Shown here: one piece after another, positions 20,154-31,291 of the stretch
Numbering within the stretch: the first letter of the stretch is position 1
How the letters are laid out: the number at the start of each line of letters is the position of its first letter
Source: an uncultured Nitrososphaerales archaeon
GTDB taxonomy: Archaea; Thermoproteota; Nitrososphaeria; Nitrososphaerales; Nitrososphaeraceae
DNA: 64,000 bases
NCBI GenBank assembly: GCA_963695855.1
Contig: CAVOHZ010000008.1
Location: 192,001 to 256,000, forward strand
Direction: 5' to 3'
Program-made: the position numbers and the translations under genes
The notes under the pieces: generated by a model
What the model saw: the letters and a program-made list of their open reading frames with translations, nothing else
The model's database searches: none
Told to the model about the DNA's origin: nothing

Positions 20154-21464
20154 TCATCCAAGATCTACATTCCTGGTATCTGGATTAACCCTAGAACCTA
20201 TTATAACAATAATAGCACCTATTATAATATTTATAGCAACAGCATAATATAGACTAATACTATACTTATCAAAATAAGATAACAAAGTAATAGCTATTAA
20301 CGGAGCCCAAGAACCGACTAACAGTCCACCGTTATAAACGAAACCTGCTGCACTATTTCTAACCTCAGTAGGAAATCTCTCAGCTAAAAATGCAGGCATT
20401 GCTCCAAATCCACTAGCTACAAAGAAAACTAACAAAGAAGTGTACATAGCAATCTCAAAACTATTTGATGCAGTAAAGATCCCATTCAAAGAAGGTATAG
20501 CAATTAGTATTGCTACGATTCCAAATATTGTTAATATTTTTAATCGCCCAATGTATTGACTAATAAAACCTGCAAATAAATGGCCTATTAAGGAAAATAT
20601 TATAGTAACAATCATGATAGTTGCCACTTCCTGTCTTTCTAATTTTACATACTTTTCCAACAAGGTAGGCATAAAACCTGTAGAGCTATAATAGGAAAAT
20701 AAAAGGCCAGTCATGACTATCAAAGATAAAAAAAAGCGTCTTCTATTATCTTTATTAGATAAAACATTTTTTAAAGGAAGTCTAGCAATCTTCTTTTCTT
20801 TTACTTTCTTGATCCATATCTGTGATTCATCCATTTTTAATCTTACAAACAATGCCACTAGTCCTGGTATTATACCTGTAAAGAATAGTACTCTCCAACC
20901 TATCTCCATAAATTTATCATCAGGAAAGGCAGATTGAGTGAGTTGAAAAGAAATTGATGCAAGTAGGAAACCAACTGTAAATCCGCTTTGTACAAATCCT
21001 GAAAGAAGTCCTCGCATAGGTTTTGGTGAAGATTCCATACTGATTACCGCTCCACTACCCCATTCGCCACCAGCGAAAAAGCCTAGTGCGAATCTAATTA
21101 TTATCAATAAAATTGGTGCCAAAAGTCCTACAGATTGCCAGGTTGGCAATAAACCTGTGCAGAAAGTTACTATAGAAACACCTGTGATTGTTATTATCAT
21201 GGCATTCTTTCTTCCATGTTTATCACCGAAGTTTCCAAAGAATGCTCCACCAAGGGGTCTCATAATTAAGGTTACTACATATGTCCCAAAGGTAGCTAAA
21301 AGACTCAAGGATGGATCTGTAGAAGGAAAAAATAATTGATTGATTGATGCAATTACAAAAAGCATTAAAACAAGATCATAACCATCAAGAGTCCAGCCAA
21401 GCCAGGATCCAATAATTATAACTTTTTGGTGCTTTGTTAGTTCTTTGAGGGATAAGACAGACAC
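20154..21464 (-). CDS. MFS transporter (metabolite:H+ symporter-like)
   Basis: LDGYD, RPLGGAFFGNFGDKHGRK, GGEWG and ERFPTEVR. Confidence 0.93.
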   Translation of the reverse strand: MSVLSLKELTKHQKVIIIGSWLGWTLDGYDLVLMLFVIASINQLFFPSTDPSLSLLATFGTYVVTLIMRPLGGAFFGNFGDKHGRKNAMIITITGVSIVTFCTGLLPTWQSVGLLAPILLIIIRFALGFFAGGEWGSGAVISMESSPKPMRGLLSGFVQSGFTVGFLLASISFQLTQSAFPDDKFMEIGWRVLFFTGIIPGLVALFVRLKMDESQIWIKKVKEKKIARLPLKNVLSNKDNRRRFFLSLIVMTGLLFSYYSSTGFMPTLLEKYVKLERQEVATIMIVTIIFSLIGHLFAGFISQYIGRLKILTIFGIVAILIAIPSLNGIFTASNSFEIAMYTSLLVFFVASGFGAMPAFLAERFPTEVRNSAAGFVYNGGLLVGSWAPLIAITLLSYFDKYSISLYYAVAINIIIGAIIVIIGSRVNPDTRNVDLG

Positions 21465-21734
21465 TAATCACATCAAAAAAAAGTAGTATAAAAATGTTCT
21501 TATTAAAATCGTTGTGTATAATAAACATTTGTATTTATTTTAAAGTTATATATGTATTAACCTTTAAATACTTACTACAATTTATCTTTAAGGATAAGTA
21601 ACTATATAATGGTTAACTAATCCTACTGAAATATTGAAATTTTTTTTAATAATATTTTTGTTACTATGAACTTGAATTTTTCGGCGCCGAAAAAATAACA
21701 TTAAAAATATGAAAAAATATTTTCATACAATAGT

Positions 21735-21777
21735 CAACAGGATGGCTGGAATGGCTCAGATATATGCCATCCTGTTG
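21735..21777. other. perfect 12-bp inverted repeat (stem-loop)
   Basis: CAACAGGATGGC-19 nt-GCCATCCTGTTG. Confidence 0.7.
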
Positions 21778-22333
21778 TCAGTTACCCATCTTTTATGTAA
21801 TGTTATAATAACTTGGTATTTGTATTATTTATGATATTTGGTAATAAAAAATACTTTTTCATCATGTTATAATTTATCACGTAGAATCAATCGATATTCG
21901 TAGACTTATTACTCTTGTTTATTCGGATATACATGATATGAACTTGAGTTTTCTTAGTACGGTTCTAACACCATCTACATGTTAGTCCAATAAAAGAAAG
22001 CGCTCCTATTAGGACTATCCCTGCAATCATCCCTATGATGCAGATGTTGAATTTTGTTAATTTGAACATAACTCTTTATTCTCTTTAGAATAAAAAAAGA
22101 TTTTCCACATCTGAAAACAGAGTTGTCTGTAAAGAAGTAACGTAATTCAGAACTTACAAGTAAGAAGACCAATAGAGTTATAAGATACTGTATTTTGGTG
22201 TCGTGATTTCAATTCATCAATATATTTAAATATGTTAGAATTGTTATTAGTATTTTACTAAATTTATGGTAAAAATTCTATTATTCGGGTTCACCTTTTA
22301 TCAATAGGATTCAACTACATATTCCGCAAGATG

Positions 22334-22406
22334 GTCGGGAGTAGAATCCTCCATGTAGTGGGGTTCTACTACCTTGTATTTAGCTTTTATTGTTAGAAAT
22401 TTATTT
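22334..22406 (+). repeat. dispersed GGGAGTA hairpin element, subfamily I, copy D
   Basis: GTCGGGAGTAGAATCCTCCATGTAGTGGGGTTCTACTACCTTGTATTTAGCTTTTATTGTTAGAAATTTATTT. Confidence 0.85.
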
Positions 22407-22456
22407 CTGTTGATTTTACAGCTAAATTATAAATAAACCGGAGAATCAAACAAATA

Positions 22457-23020
22457 TTGAATTTGGTAGTTTTCAGGGAGCTTAATTACTATGATGACAA
22501 TAAATTATTGAAACAAAGTTTAGATATTTGTTTGACTTATTTTCCTCTTCAAGAAACAAGACCCTTGGAAAAAACTATTTCAATGATACAAAAAGATAAC
22601 AATTATCGTATTCTTGTAGCATTACAACATGAAACAGTAATAGGCATTTCTTTATTATATATATTTCCAGCATTAAAATTTGGATTATTGGATTCTATGA
22701 CAATTATAAAGGAATTTCAAGGTAAACGAATAGGAAGAAAACTTTTTAATTTTACATTTGACATATTTAGTTCAAGAATTTCTGATGGGATTGGACTTTT
22801 GATGGAAATCCAAAAAGATAATGTCCAAAACATTGAAGAAAATAATATTCAAAAAAACAGAATTAAATTTTATATAAATTTGGGTTGTAAATTTCTTCAT
22901 GGTATTAACTATTTAGCTCCATCGCAAATTGGTGGACAACCAGAAGAGATGTATTTAATGATTAAACCTATTAAAAATATAAAATCATTATCAAAATACG
23001 ACTTGAGCAGAGAGCGTTAA
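22457..23020 (+). CDS. GNAT-family acetyltransferase, C-terminus probably clipped
   Basis: FQGKRIGRKL acetyl-CoA motif and RIKFYINLG. Confidence 0.82.
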   Translation: MNLVVFRELNYYDDNKLLKQSLDICLTYFPLQETRPLEKTISMIQKDNNYRILVALQHETVIGISLLYIFPALKFGLLDSMTIIKEFQGKRIGRKLFNFTFDIFSSRISDGIGLLMEIQKDNVQNIEENNIQKNRIKFYINLGCKFLHGINYLAPSQIGGQPEEMYLMIKPIKNIKSLSKYDLSRER

Positions 23021-23349
23021 AATTTGAGCAAGGTACAGCAGAATATGAGGCACTGTTAGAAAAAAGCAAAAAAGTTCTTAGAGCCATTGAGTCGGGGAAT
23101 GAGGACCCCCGTTTTACTGCGGAAGATAATGCTTTAATTGCGAAAGTCAGGGAGGTCAGGGCGTTGAAGGCGGATCTTGATAAGACTAAGAGGGAAAGTA
23201 TTCTGAAAGCAGGTATGTTACTGGAGAAATACCTAATGAGGGAATCAAAAAACCAAATCTGCACACAATTGAAACAAAGTTTCAAAGGAGTAATAAATCC
23301 GAGATTTATACAAGATTATTGTCCTCCAGAATGGAAACAGACAAAATAA
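23000..23349 (+). pseudogene. 5'-truncated hypothetical gene
   Basis: Frame open from about 22975 (LEQRALKFEQGTAEYEALLEK...DYCPPEWKQTK) but joined to the GNAT 3' end with no plausible native start; GC rises at about 23000. Confidence 0.55.
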
Positions 23350-23388
23350 TATCATGATGATGGCAGGCAGGGAGATGAATAAACAGAA

Positions 23389-23876
23389 ATGAGTCAAAGT
23401 AATATCTATCCTAAAATCTGTGGTTATGGTTGCGGAATAAGGATTTACTGGAATACTGCAGTAAATGAATATTGGAAAGTTTTATCACAGAAAAAGCATA
23501 TCTGTCCTAATAGTATTAAAAGAACTACTACTGCAGCAACTACAGGTAATTCATAAAATTACACTAGAAAACCCTGGAATATTAAACCAAAAATGCCTAA
23601 TAATTCCTTCGAGTTACTGCAGGGTTCCATTACAGAAGTACAAAAACAATATGAGATATTATCGGATATTGTTATTTCAAATAATGTAAAGTTCATGGTT
23701 CGCAGAGGAATAGAGACAGAAGAACCGAATTACTTGACTTATTGGTTTACTATGTGGTTCCAGAAGGTAAGAGAGACGAAGTAAAAAGGAAGTTTGAGTT
23801 TATCAAAAACAAGCCTTCTTCCTCTACTAATGCTGCTAGTACCTATATTCCAAGTGGTAGTAGTGTAGCAGCCTAA
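23389..23876 (+). pseudogene. disrupted Cys/His zinc-binding hypothetical gene
   Basis: MSQSNIYPKICGYGCGIRIYWN...KHICPN, an in-frame stop, KPKMPNNSFELLQG, then a frameshift to KVHGSQRNRD...LLVYYVVPEGKRDEVKRKFE. Confidence 0.65.
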
Positions 23877-23917
23877 TCTATATATATACTTAAACTCCTA
23901 GTAGTAGTGTAATACGC

Positions 23918-24436
23918 ATGAAGGCATTATCAGACAAAGCGAAGGTTGAACAGTTAACGGATACGCTTGCTGACCTCCTTCGTCCCAGCGATGAGGAAAA
24001 TAGGGCCACAGAATTAAGTTTGTGGAAGGTATGGGCTTATCATTGTTACCGTTGTAATTATCTCTGGTTTCCTAAAGATTATGATTATGGGCTTGATAAT
24101 CCCATTCTAAATATGACTCCTCCTACGTCATGTGCCAGGTGTAAATCAAAATACTGGAATAAGATTCCACAAAGAAGGACAAAGAATTATGATAATATGC
24201 TTGCACTTCCCAGAATAGTGGCATTGAGTTTGAAGTATTTTCTTGATAGGTTTGGCAGTCCTGAAGAATTCCAGAAAGTGTATAGGGAATTCATGGCACG
24301 TAATCCCTATATAAAAGATAACGTAGAATTTGACGAAGCGTTCAGAAAAGAATTCGATACCCCTGACAGGATAATAATATCTAGAAATGTGAGAGATATA
24401 ATTGATAGTGCAGTAGAGATAAGAAGAAATAACTAA
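23918..24436 (+). CDS. zinc-ribbon protein
   Basis: CYRCNYLW...PTSCARCKSKYWN. Confidence 0.75.
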   Translation: MKALSDKAKVEQLTDTLADLLRPSDEENRATELSLWKVWAYHCYRCNYLWFPKDYDYGLDNPILNMTPPTSCARCKSKYWNKIPQRRTKNYDNMLALPRIVALSLKYFLDRFGSPEEFQKVYREFMARNPYIKDNVEFDEAFRKEFDTPDRIIISRNVRDIIDSAVEIRRNN

Positions 24437-25073
24437 CTAAAAATTTTTATCCTAATCCTTTCTTATTTTCATTGTTATTATTGTGTTGGGAACCAGAAAA
24501 CTAAACAGTCTTCATAAAGTGGACCAGGTTAGAGTTATCCAGTTAAATGAACAGATATATCAGAGATTGAGAAATCATTTTAATGAGTTTCACTGTGGAC
24601 CCGAAGATTTATGCAATAATAAAGTTACTACGTATGACGACATAATTATCAAAATATTATCAAAATATTAGACTTTTACGAAGAAAGGAATCAAGTCTTA
24701 TTATTAGTTACCAAAAAAAGTTCTCTATTCTTGAACACTTAAATACTAACACTTAAATAACTGTGATGGTATATTATAGTTAACACCGAAATCTCTATAA
24801 TGTATTTTTGCGGCACTAACCTTATTAAATCTAATGCAGAGAGAAAAAAAGAAGGATATGACATAACCTATGGAGAATCTTCACGCCCATTTGGTGGATA
24901 AATTTCAAGAACAAAATAATTGTAAGTGTTATAACAGTAGTAAATAAATAAAAAATAAGATTATAATGTATAAATTTTGTAGTTTTTATTGTCTGGTTTC
25001 TCTAATGTAGGAACCTTGACGATACTATCAGAAAACTACTAGATTTTTATGATAGTAAGGAGAAATCACAGAA

Positions 25074-25586
25074 ATGACTACTAGAGACGACGACAATAAT
25101 AACAATAACGATGAAGAAGGTAAGGTAATTCTGGATGAAGAAGGTCTGGTAATTCTGGATGAAGAAGGTCAGGTAATAATTCTGGACCCTAAGCGTAATA
25201 AGGTAATTGAATTTGTATTCGAACAGGGCGGTAAGGAAGGTAGTAGAAGAATATACATTGATGAAAAATGTCGTTGGTATTGTATAGCGGCTTCTCTGAA
25301 GGATGCGAAAGAAGGTAGGGGTAAATTCTATAAATATACTGATTTAGGCAGAAAATTATTGTTGGAAGTTTTCGCCGAATTAGATAAAACAGGTCATTTT
25401 AATGATAAAGCGATCTATAAATATACTGATTTAGGCAGAAAATTATTGTTGGAAGTTTTCGCCGAATTAGATAAAACAGGTCATTTTAATGATAAAGCGA
25501 TAGAAGAAGATTACTTCTCTGATATTGTGGTTAGAAAGTGTATTGATATGATCAAAATCAAAAATGACCTATCAGATCTTAAATAA
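25074..25586 (+). CDS. hypothetical protein with internal repeats
   Basis: VILDEEG-like x3 and an exact 87-bp duplication (YKYTDLGRKLLLEVFAELDKTGHFNDKAI x2). Confidence 0.65.
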   Translation: MTTRDDDNNNNNDEEGKVILDEEGLVILDEEGQVIILDPKRNKVIEFVFEQGGKEGSRRIYIDEKCRWYCIAASLKDAKEGRGKFYKYTDLGRKLLLEVFAELDKTGHFNDKAIYKYTDLGRKLLLEVFAELDKTGHFNDKAIEEDYFSDIVVRKCIDMIKIKNDLSDLK

Positions 25587-25713
25587 AATTTCAATTTTAT
25601 TAAATATTTAATATTTTTTTTATATGCAATATAATTTTTTAAATATACTTTTATCCTAATCTTCTTTTATTTTCTTTGTATGGATGGTAGTGGTCCGTTA
25701 CGTCGTGGCTGAT

Positions 25714-25863
25714 TGGGTAGAGTTGTAGAGGAAACAAATTCATGGCATAACAGATTCAGGAAGTTATTTACAAGATATGAAAAGAAAGATGAGAACTATC
25801 TCGGTCTTGTATAATTGGCTAATAGTATAATTGTTTATAGGAGGATAATTTTGGGATAGGCTC
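25714..25863 (+). mobile_element. 3' remnant of the IS5 element at 9937-10859
   Basis: NSWHNRFRKLFTRYEKKDENYLGLV coding sequence followed by the TIR TTTTGGGATAGGCTC. Confidence 0.88.
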
Positions 25864-26167
25864 TAAATGTAAAAATATAATTAAATACCGATTTGATATT
25901 TAAATTTCTCAAGTTGAGCATTTTTTCTCAGTTATTTTATCTGTCATTATAATATTTTTTATAATCTTTTTAATTTCCTTTTCTGAATTTTTTTAATAAA
26001 CTTAACATTATCTCTTTTCACAGCTTTTTCCCAATTCTTTTGTCAGATTCATTCCAGAGTTTTTCTACTATTTGTTATTGTAAATGAATAATGTTTTAGA
26101 AGACCAAAACGGTTTCTTTAAAAAAAATATTCGCTATTTTGGTATCATAATATCAAACTATACCATC

Positions 26168-27233
26168 TAGCATATGTTAGCTGACACCTCCCAACAGATA
26201 GTGTCTCATATCAAGACAGAATCTTTTTGTCTTAAAATACGAGGATATTTTATTTTTGAAATCTGTAAAGGATGAATAGTATTGTAGTACAAGCAGATCG
26301 TTTTTGGCTATATGCCATATCTCTTCCAGTACCATAAATTCCGGAGATGCTGTTGGAAGATATATTGGAATTAGATTCTGTTTGTGTTCATCAAAATATC
26401 GTAGTACCTTATATGATCTGTAGTGCTGTTTTGCTTTATCCAGAAACAGATAACATTTTGGAAACTTTCTGTGTATCTGTTTTAGATAATCTAAAAATGT
26501 GTTTTCATCAAACCAGTCATATTGCCTGAACATCTGTTTTCCTTCCAGACTTGTGGTACCAAATAGAACTGACTCCTGATGTGACCCCGTAATCCTTACA
26601 ACTGGTCTTTCATCCTTGTTTATCCATACTTTCCTGACAAGTGAATCATAGAAGAAAAATGATTCATCTGTAGATACTACTGTAAATCCTTCTTGCTGAT
26701 GCTGCTGCTGGAGAGTATCCAGTACCTTTCTTGCTCTTTTTTAAAATCCTCTTTCTCTTCTTTTGATGCTGTGTTCACATGCACTTTTCTTGGTACCTTC
26801 TGTTTGAATCCCCACTTGTGCATTAGTCTGTAAATATGTGTATAATGGTATCTGATTCCACCACTCTTCCTTACTATTAGATCTTCTACCTGTTTCGTAG
26901 TCCATCCTTGTTTACTGGATGCTAATTCGTTTTTTATCTCATATACAGTCTCTTCTGGTATATCTGGTGGTCTGCCACTCTTTGTCCTGTTTTTTAATCC
27001 TTCTATACCTTCTTTCCTGTACCTCTTTAACCAGTCAGAAGCCCATGTTCTGCTTCTATGAAGATCTCTTGCTACCTGTGCAGGAATCTGTTTATCATAT
27101 ACTACGTTCAACACAATTAGCATTCTTTCCTTTACATTAGTATCATGTTCAGATCTGTATAGTTTTTCAAATCTTGCTTTAGATATTGTACTAGTCAATA
27201 AGATATCATGTTTATAGTATCAGCTAATAGCTA
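26168..27233 (-). mobile_element. IS630-family element; OrfA 26677..27198 (HTH) and OrfB ending at 26177 (DDE)
   Basis: SGRP HTH linker; TTTTAAAAAAG slippery site at about 26735-26746; DES, FLDKAKQH and YLPTASPE; imperfect TIRs. Confidence 0.9.
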
Positions 27234-27357
27234 TTCTGATCTAAAAGATAATACAAGATAGTAAAATATTGTCAGCATACTTATGATAACTGGTATATAA
27301 CTTTGTTATTATAGATATTAAGATAAAGATTATATGAGAATTTAACCTTCAACACTT

Positions 27358-27951
27358 GTGCAGAAATATGTTAAAATAATATATTGTATGTTAGTAATTT
27401 CAATTACAGTTTCGTTAATAACTTTTAGCCCATCTACACAGATGTTATCAATAATAAATCCTGCTTTGGCAGAAGATGAAAACTTTGATAATATGAAAAA
27501 TGTATCACAACAGACACAAGAATCATCCACAAAGAATCATAATAAAATCAATGTGGAATATGCAAAAAAAGACAAAACTGAGTCAGACTTGGATGATAAT
27601 AATTGTAAAACGAATAAGATCCTTAAGGGCGCATCAAATAAAAAGGATTTAAAAATACTTTCAGAATGTGAAAAGGCCGTAGGAAAGGTAAAACATATTC
27701 AAGAAATGCCTGATGGGGATTATAAATTCTTGCTAAAGTTAGAAAAAGAATACAAATCTCTTTTAAATAAAGATAATAAGAAAAAGACAGGAGGAAATCT
27801 TGTTATAGAGATTGTTCCTAAAGATCAAGATTCTAAATATGTTGAATTACCTGATAAAGGAGACGATGTAGAAGTATGGGGAGCTTGGGTCATAGATAAA
27901 CCAAAGGGATGGAATGAAATTCATCCAGCATGGAAAGTTTTGGTTAAATAG
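27358..27951 (+). CDS. secreted protein with a probable OB-fold
   Basis: Signal peptide; DGDYKF, LVIEIVP and VWGAWVID..GWNEIHP. Confidence 0.78.
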   Translation: MQKYVKIIYCMLVISITVSLITFSPSTQMLSIINPALAEDENFDNMKNVSQQTQESSTKNHNKINVEYAKKDKTESDLDDNNCKTNKILKGASNKKDLKILSECEKAVGKVKHIQEMPDGDYKFLLKLEKEYKSLLNKDNKKKTGGNLVIEIVPKDQDSKYVELPDKGDDVEVWGAWVIDKPKGWNEIHPAWKVLVK

Positions 27952-28270
27952 ACAGAATCAATATATTCTATAGTACATTCGCTTGACTCACTTCTCCAAA
28001 TTTCTGTTATTACGTACATGATCCAATAGCATTATTTTGTGATTAAATTATCTTTTACTATTAGTAATAATTGCAATCATTTTTTCAGTATCTTCTTATA
28101 TGTGATGAAGCCAATTGAGTTTTTTTGATTGTTCAAATGCTATTACTGCTAATTTTTTATCATCCAGTAACCCTTCTGAGCTAATAAAGAAGCTTGATCC
28201 CAATAGATGTCTTCATGCAATAAAACGAAAATTTTTAAGGCTATGGTGAACCTGAGAAACGTACTGACCC

Positions 28271-28335
28271 GTCGGGAGTAGAATCTTCCATGTAGCGGGG
28301 TTCTGCTACCTTGTATTTAGTTTTTTTTAGAAACT
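28271..28335 (+). repeat. dispersed GGGAGTA hairpin element, subfamily I, copy E
   Basis: GTCGGGAGTAGAATCTTCCATGTAGCGGGGTTCTGCTACCTTGTATTTAG. Confidence 0.85.
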
Positions 28336-28461
28336 AAAATCTGTAAAATTTTATTGTGAACAATGATTAGGTTTTTTAAAATAATTTTGGATTTATGAAT
28401 ATATTCATATTTGATAATCATCTTTAGGCTTATTAATATAATTCATTAACATAATAAAAAT

Positions 28462-28890
28462 ATGGAAATTAGTCAAACAAAAATAAATGAATTTTATAAT
28501 ATAGTTCAAGATCGAATTAGCAAAATAATTACAAAGGAAGGATTAGATATTAATATTCTTTCAAAGGATATAATGACAAATTTAGACTATCTTATATCTT
28601 CTGAAACTTATGAATCCGACACATGCCGTATTCGTTATGATAGTAATAATTTGGAGATAAAAATGTGGATTTTTAGTCTAATATGTATGTCTTGGACACT
28701 AATGAACCTAACAAATAAAGTTAAAGAAGGACATTGTAATAACATAGATCATAAGCATGGAAGTCAAAATCCAGGTGAATGTTTCGACGGAAGAAAATTC
28801 CATTATTCTTTTTATCAAAAATGCATTAAATCTTTCTATGATAGTTTAGGAGTTATAGAAAAAGACTTAGATAAATATCGGTTTTATTAA
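28462..28890 (+). CDS. hypothetical protein
   Basis: 142-aa ORF with an ATG start and a His/Cys patch. Confidence 0.6.
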   Translation: MEISQTKINEFYNIVQDRISKIITKEGLDINILSKDIMTNLDYLISSETYESDTCRIRYDSNNLEIKMWIFSLICMSWTLMNLTNKVKEGHCNNIDHKHGSQNPGECFDGRKFHYSFYQKCIKSFYDSLGVIEKDLDKYRFY

Positions 28891-29405
28891 CCCGACATAC
28901 AAGGTATTAGTATATTCTATTTTGCTGCTATCTTATGTTCTGAATTTTAATGGATTTTGTCAATTTAACGTTCAAAATTTGGCTTAACTAAGAACCTATG
29001 TCAAAATTATAAATTTATTATGTGATTTTCAAAAATAAACTCAATTTTGATCTAATCGAAAATAAGCTTTTGATCAAAATCATCTTCTAAATCTGCAATC
29101 TATAACATGGAGGAATATTGTTAAATCCATATTTTCCAACAATATTTAATTTCCTAAGATCAATACATATGCTCTGAAACCCATTAAAAATGTCTTTATC
29201 CAGATTAATATGCAATTCAGAGCTAAATGTACACAAGGTATTTCGTATCTCAGTAATACTTTGTCTCCATACTTATTCCAGACACCTCTTATTGTTGAAT
29301 GCGTCTCCCGCAATAGTTATTCCTCTGTTCATATCTTGATTTTGATATGTGGTTTCATTTTACTAATGGATAAGGATTTTAACATAGTTATTATACATAT
29401 CTAAA

Positions 29406-30126
29406 GGCTGTGTTAACTTAAGACTATTTTACCTCCAATTTTGAATAGAATTTTGTTTCTGATTTTTGCATTATATAAATAAACGAATAATCTTATCCAA
29501 TTGTGTACATGTTGTAGATGACAATTTTGTATAATATTATTACGACGATAGTAATCATCAAAACATTCTGTCCTATCCTTGAAATACTGCATCACTCTTT
29601 CTATCAGACTTTTCTCTAAAGGAGAATGAAATCGATGTTTCAGAGTCAAAAAATTACATGCTTGTATATACTACGTACCACCATCTGTGTATATAGTATG
29701 TTTTCCATACCTTGATACAAGCGATCTGATAAAATTATCTGCTACAAACATGTTTCTCTCTTCTGAAATATAGATTCTAAGTATAGATTTATGAACAGAT
29801 TCAATACAAATCCATAACCAAAAATGATTACTACCAATCTGAATCATTGTCTCATCGATTATGAATACGGAAACTCTTCTATGCTTGTTATAGATCTGCA
29901 ACAATGAACTAAATCGTTGAATCCATTTCCAAACAGCAACATAACTTCTTTTTTGCTCCTTAAAAGGTTCCAATGCTTTGGATTTATTTCGTAGACTGAG
30001 ACCAAGAAAGTACAAATAAAGAGAATACATAACAATAGTGGATGTTCTATTTCTATTGAATTTAATAAGCATAGATTAGAAATAATACATTCACAACTAA
30101 ATCTATTTCCTTAAATTAACAGGTCC
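29406..30126 (-). mobile_element. IS6-family element with a broken transposase (29671..30072 and 29413..29649)
   Basis: TIRs GGCTGTGTTAACTTAAG / CTTAAATTAACAGGTCC; IIDET, YTDGGT and ERVMQYFKDRT. Confidence 0.9.
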
Positions 30127-30365
30127 TTTATTTATCAAGATTAATTAACTGATTTTTACTCATTACCTGTTTTTAGCAATTCTTTCATATCCTTAAAGAC
30201 ATTGTTGGTAAATTACAAATGAAGAGAGAAAAGTCCTATTCCACATTTAATTCATACGATATATCCTGCAAGAAATCAAATAGCTTGAAATAAATACTAA
30301 AATATTTTATCATAAATTATTAAATTAAATTTTAATTTACGTCATTAATCAAACCTCATTTATTC

Positions 30366-30688
30366 TTAGTATTTAGTCATGTCTTCAATCAATTTTATAT
30401 CTTTTTCATCTACACCTTCAAGGCATTTAAAATCCTCAACATCCAAGTCTAATTCTTCTTGTAGATTTTGTATTCTATTAGCATACTTGATTTCTTTATC
30501 AAATTCCCATTTGTTTCTGGCTATACAATATACTACCCAACATTTGTTTAAAGCTCCCCATGTCTGATTTACATAGAATCCTGATGGTAATAGTTCATGA
30601 TATTTTCCACTTTATAATATTTGTAAGGATCAAATCCATGCTTTTTGAAAAATGTGTTATAATTTCTCCTGTATTTATGAGGTTTCAT
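30366..30688 (-). pseudogene. frameshifted third paralog of the 93-aa protein family
   Basis: MKPHKYRRNYNTFFKKHGFDPYKYYK, a frameshift at about 30610, then GKYHELLPSGFYVNQTWGALNKCWVVYCIARNKWEFDKEIKYANRIQNLQEELDL. Confidence 0.8.
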
Positions 30689-31291
30689 TTAATCTATTAA
30701 TTTTTGATCCTGAAAAGTATATAAAAATAAAATTTAGATAGTTATCTTTTCTGTAAAATTAATAATATTTACTTCTTTTTATCCTAAGTTAAAATCTATG
30801 CATGACGTCTATTAGCATATGATCTAAGATTATTTTTAAAAAATATTTTTTGTAGAAAAATTTACCGGTATAGTTCCTCATGGAGAAAATTTATTTTTAA
30901 ATATTTCCCAACAAATAATACTGTTAAAATAATTAATGTATTTTGGATTTAATACCCTGAAAAGATCTTTATTTTCTTGTTAATAATAGACATAAGATAA
31001 ATTCACAACTTTTGTACTCTTACTACAGAAAAATATAGAGAAATATAATATATTTTTATTGTAATGACAATTTCTAATAAAAAATATTTTGAGATAATTA
31101 ATCTATTGTACTACATTGTCAAATTAATATACCATATATAAGAATGTCATTACCATATAAAGTCCCATTGATATTTTTTTAATACCATTGAAATACTAAT
31201 TGGGTACACAATTTTTTAGTTGTTATTTTGTGACAAATTCTTTAATGTTTTATTGAGATCCTTTTTGTAATTTTCTCTACCTGGCAATTTA

